Shown: one piece after another, positions 39,035-52,126 of the stretch | Position numbering within the stretch: position 1 is the stretch's first letter | How the letters are laid out: the number at the start of each line of letters is the position of its first letter | Source of the DNA: Candidatus Marinacidobacterales bacterium | Lineage (GTDB): Bacteria > Acidobacteriota > Vicinamibacteria > Marinacidobacterales > SMYC01 | DNA: 64,000 bases | Direction of reading: 5' to 3' | Assembly (NCBI GenBank): GCA_965237955.1 | Contig: OZ250169.1 | Coordinates: forward strand, 4,160,001-4,224,000 | The notes under the pieces: generated by a model | Seen by the model: the letters and a program-made list of their open reading frames with translations, nothing else | Database searches by the model: none | Told to the model about the DNA's origin: nothing | Program-made: the position numbers and the translations under genes

Positions 39035-41040
39035 TGTTAGCGGCGGGCGTAAATTGCACACTTATGGCGGACGAAAATTGCACACTCGGCCATCCGTAAA
39101 AGGAGGCCGTTGTCGTGTGTCTGGAGTGCCAGACATGACGGCGCGCCTTCAATCAGAATGGCGTTTCCGGAGTGGAGGCGCCGATGTACGGAAGGGAGAA
39201 ACGAGTGTTACTACGAGAGTATTTGGAGCAGGGAATCAAGAAGGCGGCGCTAGCAGACAAGCTAGGAATCAGCCGCCGAACGGTCCACCACTGGATAAAG
39301 ACGGGTCAACTGGACCGAGAGTTGGACGAGGAAACGGTGCGCTACAAGAAGCGTCCGCGGATCGAGCGCAGGATCGACCCGTACCGGGAGATCCTTCATT
39401 CGCGCCTGCACGAGTTCCCGGAGCTGAGTTCAGTACGCCTGCATGATGAGATCCGTGCCGCGGGCTATGAAGGCGGCTACACGCAGGTCAAGGAGTACGT
39501 GCGGCAGATTCGCCCACAGCCACCGGCGGAGCCGCTGGTGCGTTTCGAGACCTCACCAGGCCACCAAGCTCAGGTCGATTTTGCACACTTTCGTTTGCCA
39601 TGGGGTCGTCGGTGGGCACTTCTCGTGGTGCTCGGATACTCGAGGCTGCTATGGCTTCGGTTTTTCAAGCGACAGGACATGCGGACGTTGTTCGCGGGGC
39701 TTGAGCAGGCCTTCCTATTTTTTGGAGGAGTTCCCAAAGAGCTCCTTTTTGACCAGATGCGTTCGGTCATCGTCGAGGATCACCGCCGGGAAGGTGGCCC
39801 TCTCGTTGAGAACCCAGAGTTCGTCCGCTTCGCCCACCACTGGGAGTTTCGAACAAGAGCGTGTCGCCCGTATCGGGCGAAGACCAAGGGCAAAGTGGAA
39901 AGGCCAATCCGCTATGTGAGAGGAAGCTTCTTCTACGGTCGCCACTTTATCAACGATGACGACCTCGATGCTCAGCTCGAGCGTTGGCTGAGTGACGTCG
40001 CCAACGTCCGACTCCATCGCACAACCAACGAACGACCGATAGAACGATTCGCGCGCGATGAAAGGGCCACTCTGAGACCGCTCGTTGAGCGGCCATATCG
40101 CTCTCTTGTACTGCCAAACCAACCCGCGAGAAGAACTCCAAAAGCCTGCTTAACCACACTGCCTTCGATGGATGTCGAGCATCGTCCCCTCGAAGTCTAC
40201 ACGCGGCTCGTTGGAGGTGGACAATGAAGGCGAGCACAATATCGCGACGTGAGCAGATCCGTACGATGCTGGCCGACCTAAAGATGCCTGGCGCGCTCGA
40301 AGCTGTCGACCGCGTACTATCTGATGCCGATGGCGGTGCGGTCACAACGGCGGAGGCCATCGAGAACCTTCTTGGAGCGCAGATCACGTTGAGAAACAAC
40401 CGTCGTCTCCAAGCGGCGATGCGCTCCTCACGACTCCCCGCGGTCAAAACAATCGATGAGTTCGATTTTTCGTTCCAGCCATCGATCAAACGCGAGCAGA
40501 TTGAGAACCTTCACGAGCTCGGGTTCGTTGAACGTAAGGAGAACGTCGTCTTATTGGGACCTCCTGGTGTGGGCAAAACTCATCTCGCGATTAGTCTTGC
40601 CATCGCCGCTGCCCAGAATGGACGGCGCGTCTATTACGGCACCCTGGCTGAGCTCATCACCTCCCTCGAAGAGGCTCGTGACGCGGGCCGCCTCACTCGT
40701 CGACTCGCGGTTCTCAGTTATCCGTCACTGCTTGTTGTCGATGAAATCGGATACCTACCCGTCACCCAGACCGGCGCGGTGCTTTTTTTCCAGCTCATAA
40801 GTAGGCGATACGAGCGCGCTTCGACCGTGCTCACCTCTAACAAAAGTTTCGAGGAATGGGGCGAGATCCTTGGCGACGAAGTCATGGCCGCCGCTCTCAT
40901 CGACCGCATTCTGCACCACTGCCACCTCGTCAACATCCGAGGAAACAGTTACCGCATGAGAGAGCACTCCGAACTGTGGCGAGCGCTCCATCCGGCGGGT
41001 TCGGACGAACCTCACCCGCCGGCTAAATCTCATAGGAAAT
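39035..41040 (+). mobile_element. IS21-family element type B, right end missing
   Basis: Left end TGTTAGCGG with repeated AAATTGCACAC; istA-istB; no right inverted repeat found and istB lacks a nearby stop. Confidence 0.85.
39172..40227 (+). CDS. istA: IS21 transposase IstA
   Basis: QAQVDFA, LLFDQMR and KTKGKVER motifs. Confidence 0.93.
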   Translation: MEAPMYGREKRVLLREYLEQGIKKAALADKLGISRRTVHHWIKTGQLDRELDEETVRYKKRPRIERRIDPYREILHSRLHEFPELSSVRLHDEIRAAGYEGGYTQVKEYVRQIRPQPPAEPLVRFETSPGHQAQVDFAHFRLPWGRRWALLVVLGYSRLLWLRFFKRQDMRTLFAGLEQAFLFFGGVPKELLFDQMRSVIVEDHRREGGPLVENPEFVRFAHHWEFRTRACRPYRAKTKGKVERPIRYVRGSFFYGRHFINDDDLDAQLERWLSDVANVRLHRTTNERPIERFARDERATLRPLVERPYRSLVLPNQPARRTPKACLTTLPSMDVEHRPLEVYTRLVGGGQ

Positions 41041-41678
41041 ACACGGAGGCGACGGCGTCATACGCGAGCGCGCCGTTGCCTCGAGGCCGGTCCTTGGTGG
41101 GCTCCATCACGATTACCGGTTGTCACGCGTCGCCTGACGGACCTAGCTTCTCGCGGGGAACAACGCGTTCTTTCTCGAGCACGTTATTGCGTCGGTGGCC
41201 CGGCAGCGACAGAGTGCAGAACCTCCACCGAGGCGAACACGAGTTCGCAGGACCTCAACTCCCATGGCTGTCTGCCCGTCAATACGCGATCTTCTTTTTT
41301 GCGGATCACAGCTCACGGCGTGCGTGCGCCGGGCAATGTTCGAGCAAGTTGGCGCGCTTGTGCTCGGTACATCGCTGCAACCGGCACCCCGGCCACTTCT
41401 CCAGCGCTTTCGTCAGCCCGTCGTGTCCAAAAACACAAATGAACCCTCGAAGACTCTATCCACCAAGGGCAGAGTTTTGGCACAGGACGCGTGGCAGGGT
41501 TAACTGGCCCTGCCCACTGTGCTTGCGCGCAGCCCCTTCCAGGTGCTGTAGCACATGGCGACCAGCACCAGCGCGAAGGGGAGGCCGGTGGCGAGGGTGG
41601 CTGCCTGTGCAGCCACGAGGCCGCCGCCGAGCAGCAGCGCGATGGGGCGTGGACGGTGGGGCCTGCAACAACCATTGA
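40224..41678 (+). CDS. istB: IS21 IstB ATPase with read-through tail (homology ends near 41040)
   Basis: [17 protein letters not shown] and DRILHH...GNSYR; the sequence beyond about aa 270 is unrelated. Confidence 0.8.
   Translation: MKASTISRREQIRTMLADLKMPGALEAVDRVLSDADGGAVTTAEAIENLLGAQITLRNNRRLQAAMRSSRLPAVKTIDEFDFSFQPSIKREQIENLHELGFVERKENVVLLGPPGVGKTHLAISLAIAAAQNGRRVYYGTLAELITSLEEARDAGRLTRRLAVLSYPSLLVVDEIGYLPVTQTGAVLFFQLISRRYERASTVLTSNKSFEEWGEILGDEVMAAALIDRILHHCHLVNIRGNSYRMREHSELWRALHPAGSDEPHPPAKSHRKYTEATASYASAPLPRGRSLVGSITITGCHASPDGPSFSRGTTRSFSSTLLRRWPGSDRVQNLHRGEHEFAGPQLPWLSARQYAIFFFADHSSRRACAGQCSSKLARLCSVHRCNRHPGHFSSAFVSPSCPKTQMNPRRLYPPRAEFWHRTRGRVNWPCPLCLRAAPSRCCSTWRPAPARRGGRWRGWLPVQPRGRRRAAARWGVDGGACNNH
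41419..41490. mobile_element. Possible ~72-bp MITE related to the 38678/41771 ends
   Basis: CGTCGTGTCCAAAA...TTTTGGCACAGGACG imperfect terminal inverted repeat. Confidence 0.5.
41500..41650 (-). pseudogene. BCCT transporter C-terminal fragment
   Basis: [37 protein letters not shown]. Confidence 0.7.
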
Positions 41679-41771
41679 GCAGAGCTACCCTCCTTGGCCC
41701 GGTCGCAAACACAGACACTAAGCTGCTGATTTATGGTCTATTTCAAAAGGGCCGAGTTTTGGCACAGGACG

Positions 41772-43010
41772 GGGTCGGGGGAGTCCGCGTGCTCCCCGTG
41801 GAGTTGAAGGCTGCGATCGTTCTTTTCTACAGCCTGCTCGATGAAAAGCAGTGCCGTCTCTACGCGGGAGTCGAGGCCATGAAGCTCGGTCACGGTGGCG
41901 ACCAACAGATTGCCGAACTGCTCGGGATGGATCCGAGCACGGTAGCCAGAGGTCGTAGGGAATTGCTAATGAGAGATGTTGAGCTCGACGGAGTTCGGCG
42001 AAAGGGTGGCGGACGGCGCGCCGTGCAAAAAAAACGCCAGAAGTCATCGCCAAGATCGAAGAACTCATGAAGCACGACACCGCGGGCGATCCGATGACGG
42101 GAGTGAAATGGACGCGGCGGACCACCGACAAGATTGCTTGCGAGCTAAGAAGCCTCAGTGTGAACGTCAGCAGCAAAACCGTCGGTCGACTGCTCAAACA
42201 GCTCGGCTTCTCGTTGCGGGTGAACCACAAGAAGCTGTGCGGTGCCACGTCCGAAGATCGCGATACCCAATTCGCGTGTATCGCCGAACTGCGCGAGCGT
42301 TTTGCCGCAGCTGGTCATCCCATCATCAGCGTAGACACGAAGAAACGGGAGCTGGTGGGATTATTCAAAAACGGCGGGCAGGCCTGGAACCGCGAGCCGA
42401 CTCTCGTCAAAGACCATGACTTCCGTTCCGAATCGAACGGCATCGCAATCCCCTACGGCGTCTACGATCTGCTCGCGAACCGCGGGACAGTGTTCATTGG
42501 TACCTCGTACAACACCCCGGACTTCGCCGTGAATGCCATCGAGAAGTGGTGGCGAACGGAAGGACGGCGACGCTATCCTGCAGCCCGTGACCTCGCGATA
42601 TTGGCAGACGCCGGGGGCAGCAATGGCTATCGGTGTCGGGGTTGGAAGCACGGGCTTCAAACGCGGATTTGCAATCGCCACGACATCGCTATCACCATAG
42701 CCCACTATCCGTCCGGTACATCCAAGTGGAATCCAGTGGAGCACCGTCTGTTCAGCGAGATCAGCAAGAACTGGGCGGGCAGGCCTCTCGACAGCTACGA
42801 AACCATCCTCAAATACATCCGCACGACCACCACCTCTTCCGGTTTGCGAGTACGCGCACACCTTATCCGGCGTCGTTATCCGAAGGGCGTCAAAATCACT
42901 GACGAGCGGATGCAGGCGCTTTCCGTTACAAAGGACCAGACTCTACCCAAATGGAACTACACCATCCGACCGTCTTGAAAACGGGAACTTATTTTGTCGC
43001 CGGCCCTAAG
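41772..43010 (+). mobile_element. ISAzo13-family transposase in two frames joined at an A8 run (42027-42034)
   Basis: LDEKQCRLYAG...TVARGRREL, then GDPM...KWT, ISVDTKKRELVG, ADAGGSN and GTSKWNPVEHRLF (42067..42978). Confidence 0.88.
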
Positions 43011-43541
43011 TGCGTAGTGCCGAGAACGCATTTCCGACGCAGCCAACGTGAGCACCCGTGAAATTTGTGACGGAGAGTGCTCGTTTCCTTGGTTCAATAG
43101 CACTCGCCACACTGCATTTTTCAGCTCGTACTTAGACGAAGTACTCGCAAGGCGGGTAATCGCGTCGAATCCGGGCTCCCCATACTCAATTCAGCTGAAC
43201 GAGCGCGACCTCGTTTTTCACGTCGTCCTCAAAAGTCAACGTCGAGAGGAGAAAATTTACCGACTGTCCCTGACTGGCTCTAGTTTGCTGCTCAATGTAT
43301 TCGTTCTGCTGCGAGACAAGTTGATTCTGCCACCACAGCAGGTACCCAGCCTCTCTACGTTCATAAGACGCCTGTTGCATCGTCGGGTCGACCGATACGG
43401 ACCAGCCGATCGTGGCAGGTCTAAACCGCGCAATCAACGCTGGATCGACTTTTTGCGGAGCACAGGCCCTCGAGGCGGGCCGATGGTTGAACGCGCACAC
43501 GACCCACCAACAAGAGATCGGGTTCTGGTGCCGTCGCGGCT

Positions 43542-46265
43542 CTAGGCGGACTTCGCGGGGCTCTTTTTGCCGCGGGCCGTCTGTCCGCGCAGCTGCTGGA
43601 TGTTCTTCTCGATGCGTTCCGCAAGCTCGCGCTCGTGCTGCAGAGTCTGCAACGTCCCCTGCGCTTCTCGCATCACGAACTCGAGACGAGCGATCCGTTC
43701 GCCCACGTCGTCGATGACCGCCTTCTGTTCGCCGACCATCTCGAGATTCACCCGCACGTCCTCAAGGAGGTGGGCGATCTGGTTCGTCTTGGCCTGCACA
43801 TCGGTGACGACGGCGTGCCGTCCCTCGATCGACGCGATCTTCTGCTCGGTGTCGCGGGCCATCGACAGGAGGCTCTGCACCCCCGCGCGCACAGCCGCCA
43901 CCTCGTCGCGATGCGCGGCGACGTACTCCAGGTCGGCCTTGCTTCGGGCGCTCACCTCGTGCACCCCCTCCACCTGGGTCCGCACCGCGGCGACGATCGC
44001 GTCGCGGTCGGCCAGGGCTTTGATTTTCTCCTCGACGGCCTGCTGCTGGCCGGCGAGACTGCCCAGCAGCGCCTCGACCGCCCCGACGCGCTTCTCGGCA
44101 AACGCCAGCTGCGACCGGCGCTGCTCCAACGACGTGTACATCGTCTCAACGCGTTTGAGCTGATCCTCCGCGGCTTTGGTCTGCGACACCGCGTCGCGCT
44201 GGCTGGCCTGCACGCGCGCCAGCTCGCCCACCAGCTCGTCTCTCGCCGTCCCCGCCCGTGCCAGCTGCTCGTTGAGCGACTGGATCTGCGTGAGGCGCTC
44301 CTCGGTCTCGGCGGTCAGGCTCCGGCTCGACTCGACCAGCGCGCCGAGCCGCGCCTCCTGCGAGTCGAGCGCGGCAGCGTCCTGCTGGACGGCCGTCACC
44401 TGCGCCTGCGTCTTCCCCAGGTGATCCTGCAGGATGGCGACGCGGTTCTCCATCGGCAGCACCTTCGCCTGCAGCGCCGCCACGGCCTCGACTTTCTGGT
44501 GCGCCTCCAACATCTGAGCCACGACGGCGTCGCACTGGGCCTGCAGGGTGTCGAGCTCGGTGCGGCGCGCGAGCTGCTCCGCGAGCTTGCCGTCAATGTC
44601 GACGGTGAGCGTGTGCAGCGCATCGACCCGCCCGTCGAGCTTGTCGAGGAACTGCACGCGCGCGCCCACGCGGGTGGCTTGGGCGTCGAGCTCGCCCACC
44701 ACCTCGCCGAGCTTGACCGCCTGCCGGGTGCCCTCCTCGGCCTGCGCCAACTTGCCCAGCACGGTGTCGAGGCGCGCCTCGATCTCGGGCGTCCGCGCCT
44801 TGAACTCACTGATCCGGCCGATGAAGCCTTCGAGCGCCGACCGGTCCGCCCCCATCTGGTCACGCAGCCGTACGGCCTCGGCGTGCGACTTGTGGAAGTC
44901 CTGGATGTCGACCCGCAGGCGGTCGAGATCGTTCCGCGTCTGCTTCAAGCCCTCGAACTGCGTTGTCGTCTGCTTCGACAGCGCATCGACCTCCGTCAGC
45001 CGCTCGCCGAGCGACTCCAGATCGGCCTGCTTGGTGGAGAGATCCCCCGCCCGGGCCAGCAAGCCCTCGAACGCCTTGCTCAGACCATCGACGCGCTGGC
45101 CGAGCGGCGCCAGGTGCCGCTCGCGGGCGCTCAGCGCCTTGATCCGGCTCTCGGCCTCGCCCACCGACGACTGCAGCACACCCACCCGCTGCTGATAGAC
45201 CTCGAGGCTCTTGTTCTCCTGCCCGACCCGATCGAGCGCGGCGCGCATCTGATCCACCAGCGCCCGCCAGTCCTTCTTGAATCGCGCGGCCTCGCGGGCC
45301 ATCTCGTCCCGCACCTTGGCGGCGCCCTCCGCCCGGGCGGTCACGTCCTCGACGAGCTTTTCGACGCGCGTCACCACCTTCTCGCCGCGGGCGGCTTTCT
45401 TGAGCCCTTCGTTCAGCTTGCCGATCTGCACGTCCATCGCCCAGACCATCTCGTTGAGCCGGTTCGCCTCCACCGTGGCCCGGTCGATCGTGTGTTTCTG
45501 GCTCTCCAGCGCTTTGGCCTTCTGCGTGACATGCTCGGCCAGCGCGTTGAGCGCGGTGAGCTTGTCCTCGGTCGTCTCACTCCGATTCTGGAGTTGCATC
45601 AGCGGGCCGAGCCGGCGCTCGATGTCCTTCACCGCGGCCGTCGCCACGGAGGCATCCTCGCGCGCCGCGCGGGTCGTGTCACGCAGCTTCGCGTAGTCCT
45701 GGCCGAGCTGTCCCGCGGTGCCACGCACCTGCTCGATCTCGCCACGAAGCCCCCCGGCCGCCTCGATCGCCTGGCACGTCTCGGCCTTCGACTGGGCGAT
45801 CTGTTTGCGCAGATCTTCGAGCACGGCCCGTTCGTGCGCCAGCGCCTCGACGCTCGCCCGCGTCTCCAGCGTCTGCGAGGAAAGGTGCTGCACCTGCTGG
45901 CGGTGCTTCTGGAGGTCGCCGTCGGGCGCCATCAGCTTCTCGGCAACCTCCTGCGCCGCCCCGGCCGTCTGCAGCATCGCCTCGACGCGTTGTTCCACCT
46001 CGTCGAACGCCTTGGTCCGGGCCTCGAGGCCGTCGATACGCGACAGCACCTCACCGAGCCGCTCGCCGATCGAATTCGCCTTCTGGTCGACCGCCTTAAG
46101 CGACTTGCCGACCTTGCCCAGCTTCGAGCTGCGCGTCGAGACCTGGGTGAGCATGGCACTGAGCGCTCCCCGCTCCTCCCGCGCCGTCTCGATCAGCTTG
46201 TGGAGATCCTCCACCTGGCGCTGCGCCTTTCCGCCCCCGCCGATCCATTTGAATGCGTCCATCAT
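43542..46265 (-). CDS. Long coiled-coil protein of unknown function (907 aa)
   Basis: A/E/L/Q/R-rich heptad pattern throughout, strong GC3 bias, AAGGA RBS; no Walker motif, TM segment or signal peptide seen. Confidence 0.8.
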   Translation of the reverse strand: MMDAFKWIGGGGKAQRQVEDLHKLIETAREERGALSAMLTQVSTRSSKLGKVGKSLKAVDQKANSIGERLGEVLSRIDGLEARTKAFDEVEQRVEAMLQTAGAAQEVAEKLMAPDGDLQKHRQQVQHLSSQTLETRASVEALAHERAVLEDLRKQIAQSKAETCQAIEAAGGLRGEIEQVRGTAGQLGQDYAKLRDTTRAAREDASVATAAVKDIERRLGPLMQLQNRSETTEDKLTALNALAEHVTQKAKALESQKHTIDRATVEANRLNEMVWAMDVQIGKLNEGLKKAARGEKVVTRVEKLVEDVTARAEGAAKVRDEMAREAARFKKDWRALVDQMRAALDRVGQENKSLEVYQQRVGVLQSSVGEAESRIKALSARERHLAPLGQRVDGLSKAFEGLLARAGDLSTKQADLESLGERLTEVDALSKQTTTQFEGLKQTRNDLDRLRVDIQDFHKSHAEAVRLRDQMGADRSALEGFIGRISEFKARTPEIEARLDTVLGKLAQAEEGTRQAVKLGEVVGELDAQATRVGARVQFLDKLDGRVDALHTLTVDIDGKLAEQLARRTELDTLQAQCDAVVAQMLEAHQKVEAVAALQAKVLPMENRVAILQDHLGKTQAQVTAVQQDAAALDSQEARLGALVESSRSLTAETEERLTQIQSLNEQLARAGTARDELVGELARVQASQRDAVSQTKAAEDQLKRVETMYTSLEQRRSQLAFAEKRVGAVEALLGSLAGQQQAVEEKIKALADRDAIVAAVRTQVEGVHEVSARSKADLEYVAAHRDEVAAVRAGVQSLLSMARDTEQKIASIEGRHAVVTDVQAKTNQIAHLLEDVRVNLEMVGEQKAVIDDVGERIARLEFVMREAQGTLQTLQHERELAERIEKNIQQLRGQTARGKKSPAKSA

Positions 46266-46431
46266 GTGGTCCTTGCCTTAGTGTCCGAGCCCTGTGAGTT
46301 GCGAAGAATAGCGTACCTGTCGCCTCCCCTATCGGGCGCAGGGCCGGGTCGCAACACCGACCCAGCCACACGCGGCCTCCCTGATCGGGGCAGTTTATTA
46401 CTAATATATTCTATCTCTCCTGTCAATCCGG

Positions 46432-46732
46432 TGCCTTGGTGCACAACTCCGATAGAGGCCGAGAGCTCGCTTGGCCCCGACTCCCATCATCCGATCATCT
46501 CGCTATCAGGCATCCCGAGCGCCGTCATGGTGTTGAGAATCTTGCACCCGATCCTTGCCTCGACTCTCTGTGCCGCCAACCCTCTCGCTCGCATCGCTGA
46601 GCCCACGATAGCCTTGTAGCGATGGAACGTTGTCTCGACTTTGCTCCGTTTGCTGTAGCCCGATTCTGTGTGCCACTTTCGTTTGCCGAGCCGAGCTTGT
46701 GCTGCAATGTTGCGATTGCGCTGTCGGCTGCT
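46432..46732 (-). mobile_element. IS5-family element copy 3, truncated by IS3
   Basis: Same terminal repeat and transposase 3' end as copy 1; ends at the IS3 terminus. Confidence 0.9.
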
Positions 46733-46782
46733 TGAACCGCCCCGGGTTTTCCGGAGACTCCAACTCTTGAGAGGATGGAGTC

Positions 46783-48017
<1,235 letters not shown>

Positions 48018-48047
48018 AACAGTCTCCGGGATTCCCGGGGCGGTTCG

Positions 48048-48690
48048 AGCCCGAAGCCGTTTCCCACATGCCTATCGGAGGCGACAGAGCAGTCATCGAT
48101 GGCCCGAGACCCTGCCGGGCGGCACGGCCGCTATGTTCGCGCAAAGGGACAACGAGATCACGTCGTTCGACGACGCATCCATCTCAATCCTGTCACTCGA
48201 AAACGGAGAGCAGGCGACTTGTTGGCGGCCCCCTTCGACCTGGACGAGCTCGAATTGACAGGACCCGCCGTGACCGTCGTCGAAGGGGTTGTCACCCAAC
48301 CCTTGGATGGCTCGGTTCAATTTGCCGTATCAGAATCCGGAACGCTCGCCTACGCCTCCGGTCCGCCGATGATGCCCCGCCGCAAGTTGGTCTGGGTCGA
48401 TCGGAGCGGTGAGACGAGCCCGCTACCTAGCGCATCGGGACCGATTTCCGAGCTCCGCGTTTCTCCTTCGGGCGATATCGCGCCCCTGAGCATCGATGCA
48501 GCCAATGCCAACGTCTGGCTCTACGAGATGGCGCGCGCCACGATGAGCCGACTGACCTTCGAGTGGAACAACGCCAGTTCCATGTGGACTCCGGATGGTG
48601 CGCGCGTCGTTTTCAGCTCGGGTCGGTCAGGAGGATGGAATTTGTTTTGGCAGGCAGCGGATGGAACCGGCGAAGCGGAGCGACTGATCC
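48048..48690 (+). pseudogene. Beta-propeller fragment of another receptor kinase
   Basis: LAAPFDLDELEL...FAVSESGTLAY...LVWVDRSG...WTPDGARVVF...NLFWQAADGTGEAERL. Confidence 0.7.
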
Positions 48691-48699
48691 CCAAAGCCG

Positions 48700-50325
48700 T
48701 AAGCCATCCACCGGCCGTCGGGGGAGAACTCGGGCCCGAGACAGGCGGGGGCTCAAATACTCGGCGGGGGGCAGGTCGAGGAGCTCGGTCTCCCCTTCGC
48801 GGCCGGCCCGGGCGAGAACGCGGCGCTCGGCGACGGTTCCAAAGGCAGCGACGTAAACGAGGGTGCCCGTGTTGGAAATGGCATAGTGGTGCATCCGTGA
48901 TGGCCCCAGGACTCCTTCCACGAGGGGGACGGGGCCCCCGACCAGTTCGAGTGCGTCCAGGTCGAAAGGCACGGCAAACAGTGCGCCATCGCGTCCATAG
49001 ACCAGGTGCCCGGTCGAGACGTATCGCGCTCGGTCGCCCTCGAGCAGGACTTTCCGTTCCCCGGAGCCGAGCGGTTGTACCACAATCTGCAGGTCCCCCC
49101 CGTCCCCCCTGGTCCCGAACAGCACCGTCTCTCCATCCGGGAGCATGGACGGCCCACCGATATCGATATCGTCCCCGGCAATCAAGCGTTCCGGCGTCCC
49201 GCCGTTCGCCGATACGCGCATCACACCTTCCTCCAGCCCGAACACGATGGTGTCGTCTTCACCCCAGACGGCGTCGCGAGGAACGCCCACGTCCGCAAGT
49301 GGGACCGGTACTCCACCGCCGACGGCGATCTTTTTCAGCTGATCGGAGGCCCAGTATCCAATCCACTCGCCGTCCGGAGAAAAGAAGGGGTTTCGCGGGC
49401 GCTCATCCGTTCCAGGAATGGGCAGCGCCGTCGTCTCGTCCAGGTTTGCGTAGATAGAGCTGGTTGTTCGCGGTGTAGGCCACTCGGCTTCCGTCGGGAG
49501 CGATTGCCAGGGCCACCCTGCGCCTAGCCGAAAATCGTTGGTCCTCTGGCAAGTCATGGACGAAGCGGGCTACCGGGCGCGGCTCGGTTGGTTTCAGACT
49601 CCATACGGCGAGAGCAACCGCGACGGCCGTCAAAACGATCGTCGCCGCGACCCATGGAAGGACGGGTCGGGACGTCACTGGAGTGCTATCGGTTGGCCGT
49701 GCCGCCGCGGTCTCGAACGCTCCTTGCATCGCCAGTCGCACGTCAGCGATGTCATGCACGCGCTCTTTCGGATCTTTTTCCAGACAGCGCGTGAGGAACG
49801 CTCGCAGCGTCGGCGAGATATCGACCGGCAAGGCATCCCAATCCGCTTCCTTAGCCAAACGTAGGCGAGTGTGTCCGATACATCCTCGGCCGCAAATGCA
49901 CGCTTGCCGGTGAGCATCTCGTACACGACTGCGCCGAATGCCCACACGTCCGCTCGCTTGTCGACTTTCTTGCCCTTCGCTTGCTCCGGACTCATGTAGG
50001 CTGCCGTTCCAAGAATCACCCCCGCCCGCGTCGCGTCCCGCGTGAGGGTCGGCGACATCGAGCTGTCGGCGTCAGGAGCGTCTTCGATGAAGGCTTTGGC
50101 TAGGCCAAAATCCAATACCTTCACGTTGCCGTCCGGCGTGATCTTGCTGTTCGCCGGTTTCAGGTCTCGGTGAACGATCCCTTGCTCGTGAGCGTTCTCG
50201 AGTGCCTCCGCGATCTTCATCGCGAGCTCGATAGCTTCGTCAACAGCTACCGCCTTTCCCAATGGGCTCGAGGATCTCGTAGTGGGCGAGTTTATGACCA
50301 GGTTGGAACGACAGAGCGTCGACGA
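48700..50325 (-). pseudogene. Receptor Ser/Thr kinase-beta-propeller, multiply frameshifted and deleted
   Basis: HYEILEPIGKG, internal deletion, HRDLKPAN, DFGLAK, YMSPEQ, TM segment and PFFSPDG propeller. Confidence 0.8.
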
Positions 50326-50354
50326 TGTTACGCTGATGGTTGCCCGTCGGCAAC

Positions 50355-50690
50355 CCGTCGTATCGGAGATCGTCTCGCCGAGAAACACTGCGCGTCCGCT
50401 CAAGGCTTCGTAGAGACAGCAACCGAACGACCAAATGTCGGTGCGCTTGTCGAGAGGCTTCCCCCGGGCTTGCTCCGGGCTCATGTAAGCAGCCGTCCCA
50501 GGATGACACCGGTCGCCGTCGGTTCCAGGGTGATGGGTCGGCGACTCCGAGCGCGCCGAGCCAGCGACTTCGCCGCCGAAGACTTTCGCCAAACCGAAAT
50601 CCAGCACCTTGACGTCCCCGCCCGGTGAGATCTTGACGTTTGGGGGTTTGAGGTCACGATGGACGACGCCTTTCTCGTGAGCGGCTTAGT
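50355..50690 (-). pseudogene. Further Ser/Thr kinase fragment
   Basis: HEKGVVHRDLKPPN...DFGLAK...YMSPEQ...DIWSFG. Confidence 0.8.
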
Positions 50691-50779
50691 GCGGGGGGGG
50701 AACTCGTATAGACTCGGCCCCGGCCCGAACCGCGAGAAGAAGTAATCAGGCTGCTCGCCGCATCGCCGGAGATTAACAT

Positions 50780-51595
50780 ATGAAACTGTACCGCACCCAG
50801 CGAGCCACGCTCCTCGAGCGTGACGGAGAGCTGCTCGAATCCACGTCGTTCTCGATCGACGAGGTCTTCCGCGGCGCCGCGTCTACCGACGGGGGCGACT
50901 GGGTCGAACATTTCCGGGAGTCGAAGAGCGGAGTCGAATCCGTTTTGGCGCCTCTCCAGAGCCAGGAAGTGTGGGCTGCCGGCGTCACCTATTATCGAAG
51001 TCGGGAAGCGCGGATGGAGGAATCCGAGAAAGAAGCGGACGTGTACGACCGTGTCTACGGTGCCGAGCGGCCCGAGCTCTTCTTCAAGGCGACGCCGCAC
51101 CGTGTCGTCGGGCACGGCGGACAAGTCGTGATCCGGGCGGACTCGGACTGGAACGTTCCCGAAGCGGAGCTCGCGCTGGCGATCGACCACGCCGGACGTA
51201 TCTTCGGCTATTCGATCGGCAACGACATGAGCTCGCGCAGCATCGAAGGGGAGAACCCGCTGTATTTGCCGCAGGCGAAGATCTACGACGGGAGCTGCGC
51301 GCTAGGACCTTGTTTGTACCTGTCCGAAGAACCGCTCCCGACGTCGACGAAAATCGCGCTCCGGGTGACGAGGGGCCGAAACGTCGTGGTCGAGGGAGAG
51401 ACGTCGCTCGCGGAGTTGAAGCGCAAGCCCGAAGAGCTCGTAAGCTACTTATTCCGCGAGGCCACGTTCCCGGCAGGCTGTTACCTTCTGACGGGCACCG
51501 GCATCGTCCCCGACGCCGAGTTCACACTGGAAAGCGGCGACGTGGTCACGATCACGATCGAACCCATAGGGACATTGGAAAACACCGTCCGGTAG
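50780..51595 (+). CDS. Fumarylacetoacetate hydrolase family protein (2-keto-3-deoxy-pentonate dehydratase-like)
   Basis: [44 protein letters not shown] and LTGTG. Confidence 0.9.
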   Translation: MKLYRTQRATLLERDGELLESTSFSIDEVFRGAASTDGGDWVEHFRESKSGVESVLAPLQSQEVWAAGVTYYRSREARMEESEKEADVYDRVYGAERPELFFKATPHRVVGHGGQVVIRADSDWNVPEAELALAIDHAGRIFGYSIGNDMSSRSIEGENPLYLPQAKIYDGSCALGPCLYLSEEPLPTSTKIALRVTRGRNVVVEGETSLAELKRKPEELVSYLFREATFPAGCYLLTGTGIVPDAEFTLESGDVVTITIEPIGTLENTVR

Positions 51596-51659
51596 CTGCG
51601 CGGCGCTAGCCTAGTTGCAAATCGCCACGCTCTGATATGATCCGCTACCGGGAGGGTCC

Positions 51660-52121
51660 ATGACCGCCGAAGTCGTGAGAATGCACACGATCCAGAGGGT
51701 TATGAACGAGTTTTTCGGCTGGCGAGCCTCGTCGCTCGACCCAGAGGAGCTCGTGACTTACCGGGAGACCATCGCCTTTTTCGAGGGCAGCATCAATGCT
51801 CATGCCGTCCCCGCACTCGGTGACACCGAGCGTCGAATCTACCGCGCATACTACGAGCGGGGAAAAGGCTATCGACGTCTCTTCAGCGAAGTGTTCGGTC
51901 CCGAGAAGATTCCTGCAGAGATCCGCCATTTCCTCCGCCGCTTTCTCGGGAAGACCATCTCGGCGGACATCGACGTCTTGGAGCGTGCTCCCACCGTCGT
52001 CGCCGATCTGTGCTCCTGGCTCGTGTGGAAAGGCTATATTCCAGAGTCGGAGATGGAAGCCGCGATCGACGAGCTCGGCGCGCAGGCCTTCAGCGAACAG
52101 CAAGATTCCGTAAACGTCTAG
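51660..52121 (+). CDS. Hypothetical protein
   Basis: 153 aa with GGAGG RBS and an upstream TTGCAA-N-TATGAT promoter-like sequence; coding-like composition. Confidence 0.65.
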   Translation: MTAEVVRMHTIQRVMNEFFGWRASSLDPEELVTYRETIAFFEGSINAHAVPALGDTERRIYRAYYERGKGYRRLFSEVFGPEKIPAEIRHFLRRFLGKTISADIDVLERAPTVVADLCSWLVWKGYIPESEMEAAIDELGAQAFSEQQDSVNV

Positions 52122-52126
52122 GCTGG

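Noticed and set aside
41040-41678. IstB with an extra C-terminal domain
   Set aside because: Read-through after loss of the IS right end; it crosses a MITE-like unit and antisense BCCT sequence.
43048-43540. Short ORFs between ISAzo13 and the coiled-coil gene
   Set aside because: No recognisable motifs or convincing start; possibly a degraded fragment, not supportable.
43635-46619. 994-aa plus-strand ORF
   Set aside because: Antisense shadow of the GC3-biased coiled-coil gene; it runs into IS5 sequence and has no protein-like motifs.
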